A stretch of 64,000 nt of DNA, taken from NCBI GenBank assembly GCA_020048915.1, contig JAIFLU010000223.1, positions 8,067 to 72,066 on the forward strand, given 5' to 3'. This document shows, in pieces, positions 9,828-19,420 of the stretch. Every line of letters starts with the position of its first letter. Within the stretch, counting starts at the first letter, position 1. The DNA comes from Bacteroidota bacterium. GTDB taxonomy: Bacteria > Bacteroidota > Bacteroidia > Bacteroidales > JAAUTT01. Both the position numbers and the translations under genes were made by a program. Below the pieces are notes generated by a model. That model worked only from the letters and a program-made list of their open reading frames with translations. It ran no database searches and was not told where the DNA came from.

Positions 9828-10886
9828 ATGAGAGATAGTAATAAAAATAAAAAGCATCCTTCAAACCTTAAATGGGTTCTCGTATTCGCAGTGATTATTG
9901 GGTGTTTATCTCCTGAAATTCATATTCAGGCACAGGATATCCATTTTTCGCAATTTTATGCTGCCCCTCTGCTTACAAACCCTGCCAATACAGGCATGTC
10001 GGGTGAAAACTTTAGGGTAGCAAATAATTTTCGAAATCAATGGGGGAAAATTGGAGTTCCGTTCCGTACTTTTTATACTTCGATTGATAAAAAGCTGAGC
10101 ATTTCGAACCAGTCATTCGGCATTGGGGGAGCTATAGTTCACGACCAATCATCCGCGTTCAACTTAGCTGCTGATGAGTTTTTAGTTTCGGTAAGCTATT
10201 CTAAAATTACAAACAATCACCAGTTTACGGTAGGACTTCAGCCGGGCTTTGCTTATAAATCGTACAATCTTAACAGTTTGACTTTCGGGTCGCAGTTCGA
10301 TGGGTCGAATGAGCTTTTCAACCCCAACCTTCCCAGCTCCGAAAATAATTTAGCTGGTAGTTTACAGTACTTCGACATGAATGTGGGCATATACTGGAGA
10401 ACACTTATTCGGAATATAATGCCCTCGGCTGGTTTGTCCATAAGTCATTTCTTAAGGCCGGTGGTTACCTTTTCTGCATCCGATCAAACTGTCCGCTTGC
10501 CGGTAAAAATTTCGTTTCATGGTCAGGTTAATATTCCCCTTACCAGCAGAATCGATATTGCTCCAACCTTGCTCTATAGCGCTGTTCCTGGAACCAACGA
10601 ATTACTGCTTGGGGCGATGGAAGGATATGCCTTGAATGATTTCTTTATTCCGGTTAAAAAAGTTTATGCCATTACGATGGTTCGGATAAATCCTTTCAAA
10701 AACATCGATGCGTTGATTCTCGGAGGTGGTGTTAAATTCCCGAAATTCGACCTGGGAATTTCGTACGATATTAATGTTTCCCCCTTGGCGCAAGCTTCTT
10801 ATTTTAATGGCGCCTTCGAAGTATCGTTGATATTTACTGGCGACCGGACTAAGAGGAATGCGAATGAACCTTGTTTTATATACTAA
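9828..10886 (+). CDS. PorP/SprF-family T9SS outer-membrane protein (second copy)
   Basis: DIHFSQFYAAPLLTNPANTG is the canonical PorP/SprF N-terminal motif. It has a signal peptide and lies directly downstream of the second cargo gene. Confidence 0.85.
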   Translation: MRDSNKNKKHPSNLKWVLVFAVIIGCLSPEIHIQAQDIHFSQFYAAPLLTNPANTGMSGENFRVANNFRNQWGKIGVPFRTFYTSIDKKLSISNQSFGIGGAIVHDQSSAFNLAADEFLVSVSYSKITNNHQFTVGLQPGFAYKSYNLNSLTFGSQFDGSNELFNPNLPSSENNLAGSLQYFDMNVGIYWRTLIRNIMPSAGLSISHFLRPVVTFSASDQTVRLPVKISFHGQVNIPLTSRIDIAPTLLYSAVPGTNELLLGAMEGYALNDFFIPVKKVYAITMVRINPFKNIDALILGGGVKFPKFDLGISYDINVSPLAQASYFNGAFEVSLIFTGDRTKRNANEPCFIY

Positions 10887-10904
10887 TCATTTATTTAGTT
10901 TTAA

Positions 10905-13055
10905 ATGAATAATCGCAATTTGACCTATATAATTTCAATTTTTAGAAATTTGTTTAGCCCTAAGATGAATTGTTTTGGAAATGTATGGTTTTATTCTATC
11001 ATTGCCTGGTTTTTCCTGACTCCAATGCAACTGATGGCGGCAACAGCGCCAAATGATTCTCTGAAGAAAGTTATAGCCGATTTAAAAGCAAAAGCAATTA
11101 ATTACGACAACAAAAAGGATGTTTACAACGCGATTGATTATTACAGCCGCTACCTTTCGTATGGGGAAAAAGATATAAAGTCGAGTTACCGCCTTGCTTC
11201 GTTATACTTTTTAACCCGGGATTATGCAAAGGCCAATCAGTATTTCGACTCGGTTATTCATATAAAAACCACGAAATATCCACTAGTATTTTATCAAAAG
11301 GGAATTGTATGCATGAGCCTCGAAAAATATGATATTGCGATAGAGGCGTTCACGAAATTCAGGAGGTTGTACAAGGACAACAACGATAGAAACAACTACC
11401 GCAAACTGGCGGCTATTTATATCGAAAGCGCTATCTGGGCAAAAGAACACCCCGAAAAAGATGCTGTTGTTTCGGTGGCACACCCCGGAACATCAATAAA
11501 CCATGATAATATAGACTTTGCGCCATTTCCGGTCGATGAAAATACCCTGATTTACGGAGCTATATATTCGGATGTATCAAAAAGTATAGCACCGGTACGC
11601 CAAATTTATAAAGCCACCAAAATAAATGAACAGTGGGAAACTGCCGGGTTACTGGAGGGCGACGTCAATAACCCCGGATATAATACCGGTAATGCTGTTA
11701 TTTCGGACGATGGGCAACGGTTATATTTTACACGGTCCCGTAAAAACTGGAAAAACGAAGACATCAACGAAATTTTTGTCAGTAACAGCGATGGATACAA
11801 ATGGCTAGCCCCACAAAAACTTCCATATCCGCTAAACGACGAAAATTATACTACTACCCAACCTGCAATTGGCAAAAGTTTGAAGTCGGGAAACGAAATC
11901 TTATATTTTGTTTCGGACCGGCATGGCGGAAAAGGGGGCTTAGATATTTGGTATGCTGAGTTTGATGCAAAAATAAAAGCTTTTAAAGAGCCTCATAATT
12001 TAGGAAGCGCCATAAATACTATTGGAGACGAATGTTGCCCGTTTTACGATGTTACCAACAGCTCACTCTATTTTAGTTCGAAAGGAAAGAAAACAGGTTG
12101 GGGAGGGTATGATATTTATAAGGCGGTCGGTTTTACACGAAAATGGACAGAATCCCTTCCGCTGCCTAAGCCAGTAAATTCGTGTTACGACGATTATTAT
12201 TTTTCTATTCTGAAAAACAGTAAAGAAGGTTTTTTTACTTCTAACCGCCCGGGGTCAATGACATTGGGGAATGGAAGCTGTTGCGATGATATTTTTTCGT
12301 TCCGGTTTAACGAGTGTGCAATGGTTAATGCGTTGGGAACCGTTCGTAATTCACTGGATTATGATATATATAACAGCCTCAACGAAAAATATCACCTCGG
12401 TTTGCAATTGCCCGAAAATAATATCGGCCTTGCCGATGTTCCGGTCGAATTGTATTTGCCGAGCGAAAAGGAAGACGACGATATATTGGTTTCGAGAACT
12501 ACCACCAACAAATTGGGAAATTATCGGTTTGAGCTGGAACGCAACAAAGAATATAAAGTGTTGGTGAAGAACTATGGTTATTTTGAAAAGAAAGTCACGG
12601 TAAAAACCAACGATATCGACTGCAACGATACCGTTAAAATTGGTACAACACTAATCAACTATTTGCCAAAAATAAACATTCGGATTAATATATATTACGA
12701 GATTGATAAATATGCGCTTTCAAACGAAGCACGGCAAACCATTGATACCACCCTTATGCCATTGTTCGACCTGTTTCCCAATGCTATCATAGAAATTGGC
12801 TCGCATACCGATAGTATCGGAACCGAACTGTATAACGTAAAGTTGTCGCAAAAGCGTTCCGAAAGTGTAGTGAATTATTTGATTTCGAAAGGTGTTTTTA
12901 GTGAACGGCTGGTAGCCAAAGGGTATGGGATGAGTATTCCGATTGCGCCAAACACCAATAGCGATGGTACCGATAATCCGGCAGGAAGGCAGCTGAACCG
13001 GCGAACGGAGATTAAAATTGTAGGCGATATATCTACCTTAAATATGGACGAATAA
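10905..13055 (+). CDS. OmpA-family protein with TPR and PD40/beta-propeller-like regions
   Basis: C-terminal OmpA_C motif (GSHTDSIGTELYNVKLSQKRSESVVNYL...NRRTEIKIV). N-terminal TPR-like helices. The central region has WD40-like/PD40 character (LYFTRSR..., LYFVSDR..., LYFSSKG...). M21 at 10965 is an alternative start. Confidence 0.8.
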   Translation: MNNRNLTYIISIFRNLFSPKMNCFGNVWFYSIIAWFFLTPMQLMAATAPNDSLKKVIADLKAKAINYDNKKDVYNAIDYYSRYLSYGEKDIKSSYRLASLYFLTRDYAKANQYFDSVIHIKTTKYPLVFYQKGIVCMSLEKYDIAIEAFTKFRRLYKDNNDRNNYRKLAAIYIESAIWAKEHPEKDAVVSVAHPGTSINHDNIDFAPFPVDENTLIYGAIYSDVSKSIAPVRQIYKATKINEQWETAGLLEGDVNNPGYNTGNAVISDDGQRLYFTRSRKNWKNEDINEIFVSNSDGYKWLAPQKLPYPLNDENYTTTQPAIGKSLKSGNEILYFVSDRHGGKGGLDIWYAEFDAKIKAFKEPHNLGSAINTIGDECCPFYDVTNSSLYFSSKGKKTGWGGYDIYKAVGFTRKWTESLPLPKPVNSCYDDYYFSILKNSKEGFFTSNRPGSMTLGNGSCCDDIFSFRFNECAMVNALGTVRNSLDYDIYNSLNEKYHLGLQLPENNIGLADVPVELYLPSEKEDDDILVSRTTTNKLGNYRFELERNKEYKVLVKNYGYFEKKVTVKTNDIDCNDTVKIGTTLINYLPKINIRINIYYEIDKYALSNEARQTIDTTLMPLFDLFPNAIIEIGSHTDSIGTELYNVKLSQKRSESVVNYLISKGVFSERLVAKGYGMSIPIAPNTNSDGTDNPAGRQLNRRTEIKIVGDISTLNMDE

Positions 13056-13064
13056 TATAAAACA

Positions 13065-13937
13065 TTGAAAAATAATCCAATGATGAAGATAAAATATAGT
13101 GTATACCTAATTGTTTTTGTAGTAAGCCTTCGCAGTTCATTCGGGCAATTTCAATTACCCGATGGTGTAACGGCAACCCCGTCCTTTCTAGATGAAATTA
13201 GAAAAAATTATGCCGGCGAAAACGCGTATCCTTTCGATTTAAATACGGTTTCGCAAACGGTAAAGATTCCTGTTCGGGTGCACATAATAAAAAACAGAAA
13301 TGGATTTGCCGGGGTCAATTTGGTAGATGTGAATAATAGCGTGAGTATTGCAAACAGCTATTTTAAGAATATTGGAATTCGGTTTTTTATCGATTCGGTT
13401 AATTATGTAAACGATTATAACTACGGATACATTACCAACGACAGCAATACTGTTGAACTATTAACCAAATTTGGGTTAGTAAACAGAATTAATTTGTTTT
13501 TGGCCGATTCGGTAAAAAAAGCTCCCTACAGAAGTTACGGATATACATATTTCCCGGATGTAGCCGACAGTAACTATATTTTTCTCGATAAAAATTATAT
13601 TACCGGAAATGCGCTTACCACCTTGCTCGGACATTTTATGGGACTGCTATCTACCCACGAAAACCTGGGAGGCTCTGAACTTGCCAGCGAAAATAACTGT
13701 GCAACCAGTGGCGACTATATTTGCGACACTTATGCCGATCCCGACTTATATAATAAGGTAGACAGTACCTGCAAATACATTGGTACGGCACGGGATAATA
13801 ACGGGAAATATTTTGTACCGTCTGTTGCGAATCTCATGTCGCATTCAAGAGAGGATTGCAAATGTATTTTTTCGCCCCTCCAATATCGGCGTATGTACTA
13901 TTATTATTTGAAATACCGGCAAAATTTGAAGTATTGA
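13065..13937 (+). CDS. M43/pappalysin-like metallopeptidase-fold protein with degenerate zinc motif
   Basis: The overall pattern (IPVRVHII..., NLFLADSV...GYTYFP, GDYICDTYADP, NLMSHS...C...FSPLQ..RM) resembles peptidase M43. The expected HExxHxxGxxH site instead reads TLLGHFMGLLSTH. The TTG start is at 13065; the ATGs at 13080 and 13083 are more likely. Confidence 0.55.
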   Translation: MKNNPMMKIKYSVYLIVFVVSLRSSFGQFQLPDGVTATPSFLDEIRKNYAGENAYPFDLNTVSQTVKIPVRVHIIKNRNGFAGVNLVDVNNSVSIANSYFKNIGIRFFIDSVNYVNDYNYGYITNDSNTVELLTKFGLVNRINLFLADSVKKAPYRSYGYTYFPDVADSNYIFLDKNYITGNALTTLLGHFMGLLSTHENLGGSELASENNCATSGDYICDTYADPDLYNKVDSTCKYIGTARDNNGKYFVPSVANLMSHSREDCKCIFSPLQYRRMYYYYLKYRQNLKY

Positions 13938-14023
13938 GGTTGCTTAAATTTGAGCAGAAGGATATACGCTTAGCACAATATTTACATATCAAAGTTTTCT
14001 ATTGAGAAGTAAGCTTGAATACC

Positions 14024-14082
14024 CAATGTCGTTTAGCTTAGGAATTGAAAAACAATCCCAACCTTTTAACTAAACAACATTG
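14024..14082. repeat. Short inverted-repeat element, an empty copy of the CAATGTCGTTTAG...CTAAACNACATTG family
   Basis: CAATGTCGTTTAGCTTAGG (14024-14042) pairs with TTAACTAAACAACATTG (14066-14082). The same termini recur at 20801-20922 and, degraded, at 24038-24107 and 48190-48208. Confidence 0.5.
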
Positions 14083-14308
14083 TATCACCACCATAATATT
14101 TTCTTTTAAAAAAGCTTTCAGGTTTTAGGGGTATCAATTTTACGATGCATCTATGAGTTATAAAACCAATTATCAGAAACCTAAAAGCCTTGAAATATGA
14201 AAGCAATCACAATTTTAATTCAGATTGAAAAAGACCCTTAACCTTCTTTTTTAGAACTCCTTAATTGATATAATTCTCTCTCTAAGTATTTACTAAAATC
14301 TATTTGTT

Positions 14309-17300
14309 ATGAAAAATTTATCCTTTCTCATACTGGCCGTGCTTTGCCTTCTTTTTCAGGAAGAAACGGATGGCCAAATCCGTCGTGTTACGGGGAAATT
14401 AACTGATCCAACTACCGGTGAGCCCCTCCCGGGAGTGAATGTCTTATTGGAAGGCACTACCACCGGCACGGTAACCAATTTTGATGGTTACTACGAAATT
14501 GATGCACCTGTTGGTTCCGTTCTTTTAGTCAGTTTTGTTGGTTATAGCACTCAGCGTATAGTGGTGGGTCCTGAGCCAGAAAGTGAACGCGTTAAAAGCC
14601 TTACAAAAGTATACCGGCATAGCATCCCCGACAATCCAAATAAGTCTTTATCACCCTACTTCTTTGTACAAAGCGATAATCCATCGTTAGACCGAATGCC
14701 CCTGAAGGCCACCAATGTGGATGTATCCATTGCAGGGGTTATAGCCGACGTAAAAGTAAAACAGTTGTATGTAAACGAAGGAAGGAATACCCTGGAGGCT
14801 ATCTATATTTTCCCCGGTTCTACCAGGGCTGCTGTATATGGCATGCAAATGCAGATAGGCGACCGAATTTTAAAGGCGAAGATCCGCGAAAAAGTTCAAG
14901 CCCGCAAAGAATACGAAACTGCCAAGGCCGAAGGGAAAACAGCTACTCTATTGGAGCAAAAACGCCCTAATGTTTTTCAAATGAACGTAGCTAATATTTT
15001 ACCAGGTGATTCCATTTGGGTAGAGCTTCAATACACAGAATTGATGGAGCCAACCGAAGGGATTTATCAGTTTGTATACCCTACGGTTGTTGGCCCTCGT
15101 TATTCCACCACCGAAGATACCCCGGAAAATAAAGACGAAAAGTGGCTTGAGAACCCCTACCTCACCGAAGGAAAACTGCCAAATTATACTTTTTCCATCA
15201 AAACACACCTGAATGCCGGCGTCCCTATTCAACGACTATCATCCACCAGCCACAAAATAATGGCAACCTATACAAATGCAAGGACAGCAGAAATTGAGCT
15301 GGATCCATTCGAAACTTTTGGCGGTAACCGCGACTATATCCTCAATTACAGTCTTCGCGGCAAGCAAATTGAAACCGGGCTCCTCACCTACCACCATAAC
15401 GATGAAAACTTCTTTCTCCTAATGGTTCAACCGCCAGAAAAGCCAACCGAAAGTGAAATTCCTCCCCGAGAATATATTTTTATTATTGATGTCTCCGGAT
15501 CGATGAACGGCTTCCCGCTGAATGTCTCAAAAAACCTCTTTGAAAGCCTGATTTCGCGCCTTCGAACATACGATAAATTCAATATTTTATTATTTGCTGG
15601 TGGCAATCAGGTTTTCAGTGAAGAATCGGCCAATGCCACCCCCGAAAACATTAAGGATGCCATACGCTTTGTGAATAATCAGAACGGAGGAGGCGGAACA
15701 GAACTACTGCCAGCATTAAAAAGGGCGTTAAACATGCCTGTAGACGAAGAATATGCCCGAACATTTGTAATTCTGACAGATGGGTATGTAAGCGTTGAAA
15801 AGGAAGCGTTTCAGCTTGTGCGAAATAATCGGGCAAAGGCAAATCTGTTTGCCTGCGGAATTGGCTCTTCGGTAAACCGCTATTTAATTGAAGGACTTGC
15901 CAATGCAGGTATGGGAGAACCTTTTATTGCCACCAGCGAATTGGAAGCAAAAAAAGTAGGCAAAAAAATGATTGATATAATTGAAAAGCCTGTATTTACG
16001 CATATCAACATCGATTACCATCACTTTAAAGCTTACGATATTGAACCAACCGTTGCAGCAGATATTTTTGCCGAACGACCACTGATCCTCTTTGGTAAAT
16101 TCGAAGGAAATCCTTCGGGAAACATTACTATCAGCGGGTATTCTGGAAATAAATTAAAATCAATTAACCTTTCAGCCGACAGCTCAACCAAGGAAAGCAA
16201 CCAGGCACTTCGTTATCTCTGGGCGCGAAATAGAATAAAGTATCTGGATGATTTTGCCCAATATTATGAGACTTCGGGAAATTATTACTCTGAAACTAAA
16301 ATACAGCCGAGCGAAGCACACGAAAAACTAATCACCGAACTGGGATTGAAATATAATCTCTTAACCAATTACACGTCGTTTATTGCGGTGGATAGCCTTG
16401 TTCGAAACAAAACAAAACAATACGAAACGGTAAAACAACCTCTCCCTTTGCCGCAAGGGGTATCGAACTTGGCGGTAGGCGATGCAATAAGCCTTAGTCT
16501 AATGCCCGATATTAAAAGTCTCGAAGAAGTAGTTGTGGTTGGGTATGGAACTGTAAGAAAAGCTGATTTGACCAGTGCTGTTTCTTCAGTGAACACCTCG
16601 GAGTTCAGTAATAATGGTAATACCTCAGTACAACAGGTACTGCAAGGGCGCATAAGTGGAGTAGAGGTAATAACCAATCAGGGCGCACCCGGTTCTTCAG
16701 CAAACATACTTATCCGGGGAAATAGCACTATCGGGAGTAGCAACCCACTCTATATTCTGGATGGAGTTCCCGTTAATTCCGAAACAATCACCCAGCTTAG
16801 TCCAACAGAAGTAGAATCAGTCGAAGTATTGAAGGATGCATCATCCACAGCCATTTATGGGGCTCGCGGAGCAAATGGTGTAGTGGTTATTAACAGTAAA
16901 AAAGGGAAGGAACAAAGCAAGTTTCAAATTCAGTTAAATTCAACCGTTGGATTTGATCGGGTGAACAAGCTTCCAAACCGTCAAAATCTATATGCCCAGG
17001 GGCTGACTGAAAATGGGGATACCAAATGGGCAGGAGCCGACCAAAATAATTTGTTTAGCTGGGGACCTGCCATATCAGGACTTACGTACGATGGCAGTAA
17101 TTATTTGTTCGACAAAAACGGGCATCTCATTGCCAACAACGCTACAAACGGCATGAATGCAAAGGTATTTGATCCGTACCAGGTTTTCAAAACTGGCGTA
17201 AAAACTACGAATGAATTTAGCATTTCCTTATCGCACAGGCAGCAAACATTGAGGATTTCGTATACTAACACTCAAAAATCGGGAATTTTGCCAGAATCAA

Positions 17301-19291
17301 ATACCACCCTGAATGCTATAAAACTGCGAAGCAACCATGTTCTCAAATTTGCAAAAATAGGAACCACATTTGCCTACCAGAACAACGATTCGAAAAACAC
17401 GGGCAATCGTTCCTTAAACCCCGGGATGATGTATTCAATTTTGAACAACCCAACAACATTCGATTTATTGAATGGCTTCAACCCAAAAGAAGCTAACCAG
17501 CAAGTTCAGAGCTACATGCTGCCCAATAACCTCCAACGAAGTGCTGCACCAGCATTGGTTAACAATCCCTATTGGATGCTACACCGCAATCTATACAGGG
17601 AAAACAACCGTCAACTGGTAGGAGGATTGGATCTGGATTTCCAACTCATCCATAACCTTCACCTCAAAACCATCAGCAGTTTTGAGCAGTCGGAAAATGA
17701 GATGCAATATGGTATATCCCGAAACTCGGCATCCGTGACGGCAGGTAGCTTATTTTACCGAAACATGAATACCCAAAGTTTCAACCAACGGGTAGAGCTG
17801 AATTTCTCAAAATCGGGCAATCTGGAACTAAACAGCAGCCTTGGGTATCACTTTAACTGGAATAATTCGTCCATTGAAAGAAACAATGGATACGAGCTCG
17901 CAACTGAAACCGGTTATGCCTTAAGCGATGCAAAATTACTCGACACATACTCCTTCAATTTGTACCGCCGGACACATGCCGGATATGGCACGCTGAATGC
18001 AATGTACAATAACCTGGTAGGAATAAACGCTTCCTATCGTCAGGAAAATTCCAGCACCTGGAAGAATTCCGCCGTACCTCTGAAAACATGGTACCTTGGT
18101 GGTTTATTCAAATTCTCCAATCTGCTCAATTCCTCATCCTGGCTAAATAATGGAAAGCTATTTGCCAATGTTAGCTATTGCGACCGGGAATTCACCGCTC
18201 CATTAGCTGATAACGCATGGAATACTTCACAATTCGACCTCAACAATGTCACCAACTTTTATTCGATGCGAGAAGTGAAGGGCTTCGAAAACCTTTCACC
18301 CGAAAAAGTAAGTAAATTTGAAACCGGGTTAACGCTCGATTTTTGGAACAATCGAATTTCGACCAATGTAAGTTTTTATAACTCCATGAGCAAACAATTA
18401 ATAGTCCCATCCATTCAAAATACTGATGTACAATTAATAAACAAGGGCAATTTAAGAACCAAAGGCTTGGATGCCGATCTGACATTTATTGCGCTTCAAA
18501 ATGCCCTGAACTGGAAGATTAAAGCCACATTTACCCGTTACCGGAATAAAGTTACCGGATTAGCTGCGACCGACACTATAAGGATCGCAGGTTTTCAGGA
18601 AGTATCGTCGTGCCTGTTGAACAATCGGCCTTATGGAGTATTGGTGGGATCGAAGTTTCAACGGAACGAACATAACCAGAAGATTATCGGCAATGATGGC
18701 TTTCCTTTGGTTGATTCCAAACCGGGAATTATAGGGAACACCAATCCCGATTGGATTGCCGGTATCGAAAACTCCTTCCGTTGGAAAGGCATTGAACTTT
18801 CCTTTCTATTCGATTTCAAAAAAGGGGGAGATGTTTGGAACGGCACCCGAGCAACCATGAATTATTACGGAACTTCGGAAGAAACAGGGAATGCAAGGAA
18901 TATCAGCGGATATGTTTTTGATGGTGTAACCTCGTTGGGTGAACCGAATATGCTACCGGTCGATTTTTCTAATTCCTCAACCAATACCGCCTTGAATCGC
19001 TGGGTTCGTTATGGGAAAACGGGTGTTGCAGAAGAATCGGTCGAAGACGGCAGTTGGATTCGGCTACGCGAGCTTTCAATATCGTATAGCTTACCTCGGA
19101 ATTTCGTTCAAAAATTAAAAATGAAATCGTTAACAATCACTACTTCCGGACGAAATTTATGGATGCACACCCCTTATACCGGAATCGACCCTGAAACCAC
19201 CCTTACCGGTATGAATAACGGCATTGGCCTGGATTATTTCAACATGCCCAATGTCAGATCGTATGCGATCGGAATAAAGGTTGGGTTTTAA
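14309..19291 (+). CDS. SusC/RagA-type TonB-dependent outer-membrane transporter with inserted VIT-vWA module
   Basis: Signal peptide. A CarboxypepD_reg-like N-terminal extension covers aa 24-86 (GKLTD..GEPLPGVNVLLEGT..GTVTNFDGYYEI). VIT-like region at aa ~117-247. vWA domain with a DxSxS MIDAS motif (DVSGS, aa 394-398, nt 15488-15502). The module ends at NYTSFIAVD (~aa 696). Then comes a SusC TonB-box and plug (LEEVVVVGYG at aa 738, ...YILDGVP...VLKDASSTAIYGARGANGVVVI). The barrel ends in a terminal ...KVGF. Confidence 0.85.
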   Translation: MKNLSFLILAVLCLLFQEETDGQIRRVTGKLTDPTTGEPLPGVNVLLEGTTTGTVTNFDGYYEIDAPVGSVLLVSFVGYSTQRIVVGPEPESERVKSLTKVYRHSIPDNPNKSLSPYFFVQSDNPSLDRMPLKATNVDVSIAGVIADVKVKQLYVNEGRNTLEAIYIFPGSTRAAVYGMQMQIGDRILKAKIREKVQARKEYETAKAEGKTATLLEQKRPNVFQMNVANILPGDSIWVELQYTELMEPTEGIYQFVYPTVVGPRYSTTEDTPENKDEKWLENPYLTEGKLPNYTFSIKTHLNAGVPIQRLSSTSHKIMATYTNARTAEIELDPFETFGGNRDYILNYSLRGKQIETGLLTYHHNDENFFLLMVQPPEKPTESEIPPREYIFIIDVSGSMNGFPLNVSKNLFESLISRLRTYDKFNILLFAGGNQVFSEESANATPENIKDAIRFVNNQNGGGGTELLPALKRALNMPVDEEYARTFVILTDGYVSVEKEAFQLVRNNRAKANLFACGIGSSVNRYLIEGLANAGMGEPFIATSELEAKKVGKKMIDIIEKPVFTHINIDYHHFKAYDIEPTVAADIFAERPLILFGKFEGNPSGNITISGYSGNKLKSINLSADSSTKESNQALRYLWARNRIKYLDDFAQYYETSGNYYSETKIQPSEAHEKLITELGLKYNLLTNYTSFIAVDSLVRNKTKQYETVKQPLPLPQGVSNLAVGDAISLSLMPDIKSLEEVVVVGYGTVRKADLTSAVSSVNTSEFSNNGNTSVQQVLQGRISGVEVITNQGAPGSSANILIRGNSTIGSSNPLYILDGVPVNSETITQLSPTEVESVEVLKDASSTAIYGARGANGVVVINSKKGKEQSKFQIQLNSTVGFDRVNKLPNRQNLYAQGLTENGDTKWAGADQNNLFSWGPAISGLTYDGSNYLFDKNGHLIANNATNGMNAKVFDPYQVFKTGVKTTNEFSISLSHRQQTLRISYTNTQKSGILPESNTTLNAIKLRSNHVLKFAKIGTTFAYQNNDSKNTGNRSLNPGMMYSILNNPTTFDLLNGFNPKEANQQVQSYMLPNNLQRSAAPALVNNPYWMLHRNLYRENNRQLVGGLDLDFQLIHNLHLKTISSFEQSENEMQYGISRNSASVTAGSLFYRNMNTQSFNQRVELNFSKSGNLELNSSLGYHFNWNNSSIERNNGYELATETGYALSDAKLLDTYSFNLYRRTHAGYGTLNAMYNNLVGINASYRQENSSTWKNSAVPLKTWYLGGLFKFSNLLNSSSWLNNGKLFANVSYCDREFTAPLADNAWNTSQFDLNNVTNFYSMREVKGFENLSPEKVSKFETGLTLDFWNNRISTNVSFYNSMSKQLIVPSIQNTDVQLINKGNLRTKGLDADLTFIALQNALNWKIKATFTRYRNKVTGLAATDTIRIAGFQEVSSCLLNNRPYGVLVGSKFQRNEHNQKIIGNDGFPLVDSKPGIIGNTNPDWIAGIENSFRWKGIELSFLFDFKKGGDVWNGTRATMNYYGTSEETGNARNISGYVFDGVTSLGEPNMLPVDFSNSSTNTALNRWVRYGKTGVAEESVEDGSWIRLRELSISYSLPRNFVQKLKMKSLTITTSGRNLWMHTPYTGIDPETTLTGMNNGIGLDYFNMPNVRSYAIGIKVGF

Positions 19292-19313
19292 CCTTTTGAA
19301 CGATTCTCAGAAG

Positions 19314-19353
19314 AAAAAAAACATAGCGGAATTCACACTTCCGCTATGTTTTT
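19314..19353. terminator. Rho-independent, probably bidirectional, terminator
   Basis: An A8 run, then stem ACATAGCGGAA (19321-19331), a 7-nt loop, stem TTCCGCTATGT (19339-19349) and a T5 run. It lies between convergent genes ending at 19291 (+) and 19472 (-). Confidence 0.75.
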
Positions 19354-19420
19354 ACTTTAATAAGAGTGTTTGATAGCAGGTAAGGCGAATAATAAATGAG
19401 TACTACGCTATTTTAAAAAA

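Noticed and set aside
14309-19291. The 1660-aa ORF as an artefactual fusion of a VIT-vWA gene with a SusC gene.
   Set aside because: SusC-specific sequence lies on both sides of the VIT-vWA module: the N-terminal extension before it, and the TonB box, plug and barrel after it. A simple read-through of two adjacent genes cannot produce that arrangement. A chimeric assembly still needs to be excluded with reads.
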